Shown: one piece after another, positions 62,761 to 64,000 of the stretch
Layout of the letters: every line of letters starts with the position of its first letter
Numbering within the stretch: the stretch's first letter is position 1
NCBI GenBank assembly: GCA_963765765.1
Contig: CAVXYC010000032.1
Coordinates: 1 to 64,000, forward strand
From: an uncultured Chloroflexia bacterium
GTDB lineage: Bacteria; Chloroflexota; UBA6077; JACCZL01
Length of the DNA: 64,000 bases
Direction: 5' to 3'
Made by a program: the position numbers and the translations under genes
The notes under the pieces: generated by a model
The model's input: the letters and a program-made list of their open reading frames with translations, nothing else
Databases searched by the model: none
Told to the model about the DNA's origin: nothing

Positions 62761-64000
62761 CTACTGCTTCTCGAAGGCGAACCTCATGTCCGTATTCGGA
62801 AGCTGTGCAGGCCGCGCAACGCCATTCGGCTGGTTGTTGTCATACTGCAGGTAAAACGGGCTGTTAGCCATGTCCGCACTGAGATCGCCCGGTAGTCCCT
62901 GGCCGGTGATGACTGTCCGGAACCAGTCGGCCAGGAGGATACGCTCCGTACAGCGACAGCTCGTCTGGTAGTGCATGATCGATCGCTGGAACCGCTGGTA
63001 GATGAACCCGCCATTGCTGGGGTCCGCCTGCGGTTTCGAGGTGGGCACGCCCCAGATCTCGAGGTTCAGAAGCGGCAGGAGGCTGGCATTACCGCCACCG
63101 CCGGGGAACGCCATCGCCAGGTCCACCGTTCCCATGAAGCGATCGAAGAAGCGCACCGGTTGTCCATTGAACTCGTTGGGAGCGTTTCGCCGAGTGAACT
63201 CGACCACGTCGGTTGCGTACGTCGGGCTGCCGACCTGTGGAGCCGAGCCGGTCAGCGATGGATCGCTCGCGGGGAATGTGGAGCCGTTTACGCGGGTGGC
63301 GGGCATGATGTCTCCCTGGAGGAGGTTCATGGAGCCCACGCTTCCATCCGGACGAAGCTGCAGGATGTGACCCTGGAAGAACTGCACCGTGAAGCCCATG
63401 AACGTGAACTCACGCGAGATGGGGTAGCCAAAGCTATTCTGGCGGCCGCGCAGGTTGTAGTACTCCCAGAATCGATCGTTGCTAATCCGGAAGCCGGTGT
63501 TGGAGAAGTAGCGCTCATCGTGAGGGACGTTGCCGGCCGGTGCCGGTGGTTGTGGCCCGCGGGTCGCTGTCGCGGCTGGTGTCGCCGTGGCGGTGCCGCC
63601 AAGTGCCACCTTTGCGCCGCGGATATCGCGATCGCCGCCACGCGCATCCTGCCAGACCAGCGTAGAGCCTGTTAGAGCAGGCGCGTCCTGGTCGCTTCCA
63701 TCGTCTTGGATGCGGAAATCTGCTCCGCCATTGACCAGGTCGTACGCGTAAATATTGCGGTCGCCATCCCGCGCGTCCCACCAGGCAACGAGTGTCTGAG
63801 AGATGACAGGGTTTCCCCGTTTGCCCGCGCGGGTGCTGCTGATCTGATTTGGTGAACGGGTGGTGGTGTCGTAGAGATAGATGCCGGCGTCTTGCGGGTC
63901 GTCAGCGGAACCGCCGGATCGGAAGACGATGTACTTGCCACTGACCGATGGCTCATACGCTGAGCTGACACCGTCAATCTGCTGCAATGAGCCCGATGAC
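62761..64000 (-). CDS. Secreted or surface protein with beta-propeller repeats and a Chloroflexota-type C-terminal domain (5' end outside window)
   Basis: Repeats WWDARDGDRNIY and WQDARGGDRDIR; Thr/Pro linker; FGYPISREF, VQFFQ, YQRFQR. Confidence 0.7.
   Translation of the reverse strand, partial: SSGSLQQIDGVSSAYEPSVSGKYIVFRSGGSADDPQDAGIYLYDTTTRSPNQISSTRAGKRGNPVISQTLVAWWDARDGDRNIYAYDLVNGGADFRIQDDGSDQDAPALTGSTLVWQDARGGDRDIRGAKVALGGTATATPAATATRGPQPPAPAGNVPHDERYFSNTGFRISNDRFWEYYNLRGRQNSFGYPISREFTFMGFTVQFFQGHILQLRPDGSVGSMNLLQGDIMPATRVNGSTFPASDPSLTGSAPQVGSPTYATDVVEFTRRNAPNEFNGQPVRFFDRFMGTVDLAMAFPGGGGNASLLPLLNLEIWGVPTSKPQADPSNGGFIYQRFQRSIMHYQTSCRCTERILLADWFRTVITGQGLPGDLSADMANSPFYLQYDNNQPNGVARPAQLPNTDMRFAFEKQ

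Overview
GC-rich bacterial chromosomal window, probably Chloroflexota (inferred from a secreted protein with FGYPISREF/VQFFQ-type repeats and the gene mix). At least 15 genes carry single-base frameshifts, most likely long-read consensus errors. In order, it holds: a sulfur-scavenging locus (ssuCBA-like ABC transporter, acyl-CoA dehydrogenase-like flavoenzyme, Rrf2 regulator); a CarH/LitR B12 photoreceptor divergent from SRPBCC and class II photolyase genes; a surface-glycan cluster with a hidden FlaG-like gene; an LppX/LprG lipoprotein plus MFS pair; a MerR gene with four tandem paralogous MFS genes opposite a DrrAB-like exporter; a GDSL/LolD/FtsX operon; a vapBC, amidohydrolase and hsdS-remnant patch; an acetate uptake/activation operon; a Rieske oxygenase; cupin and OsmC genes; hsp20-lon; long-form ispG; and a two-component system. 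The strongest unannotated signals are (1) an OsmC-family gene with an in-frame UGA at its second conserved Cys position followed by a SECIS-like hairpin (probable selenoprotein) and (2) a leaderless Cys-Cys uORF heading the sulfonate transporter operon, with a 25-bp motif shared with a second promoter beside the Rrf2 gene. No rRNA, tRNA, CRISPR array or intact transposase was seen.
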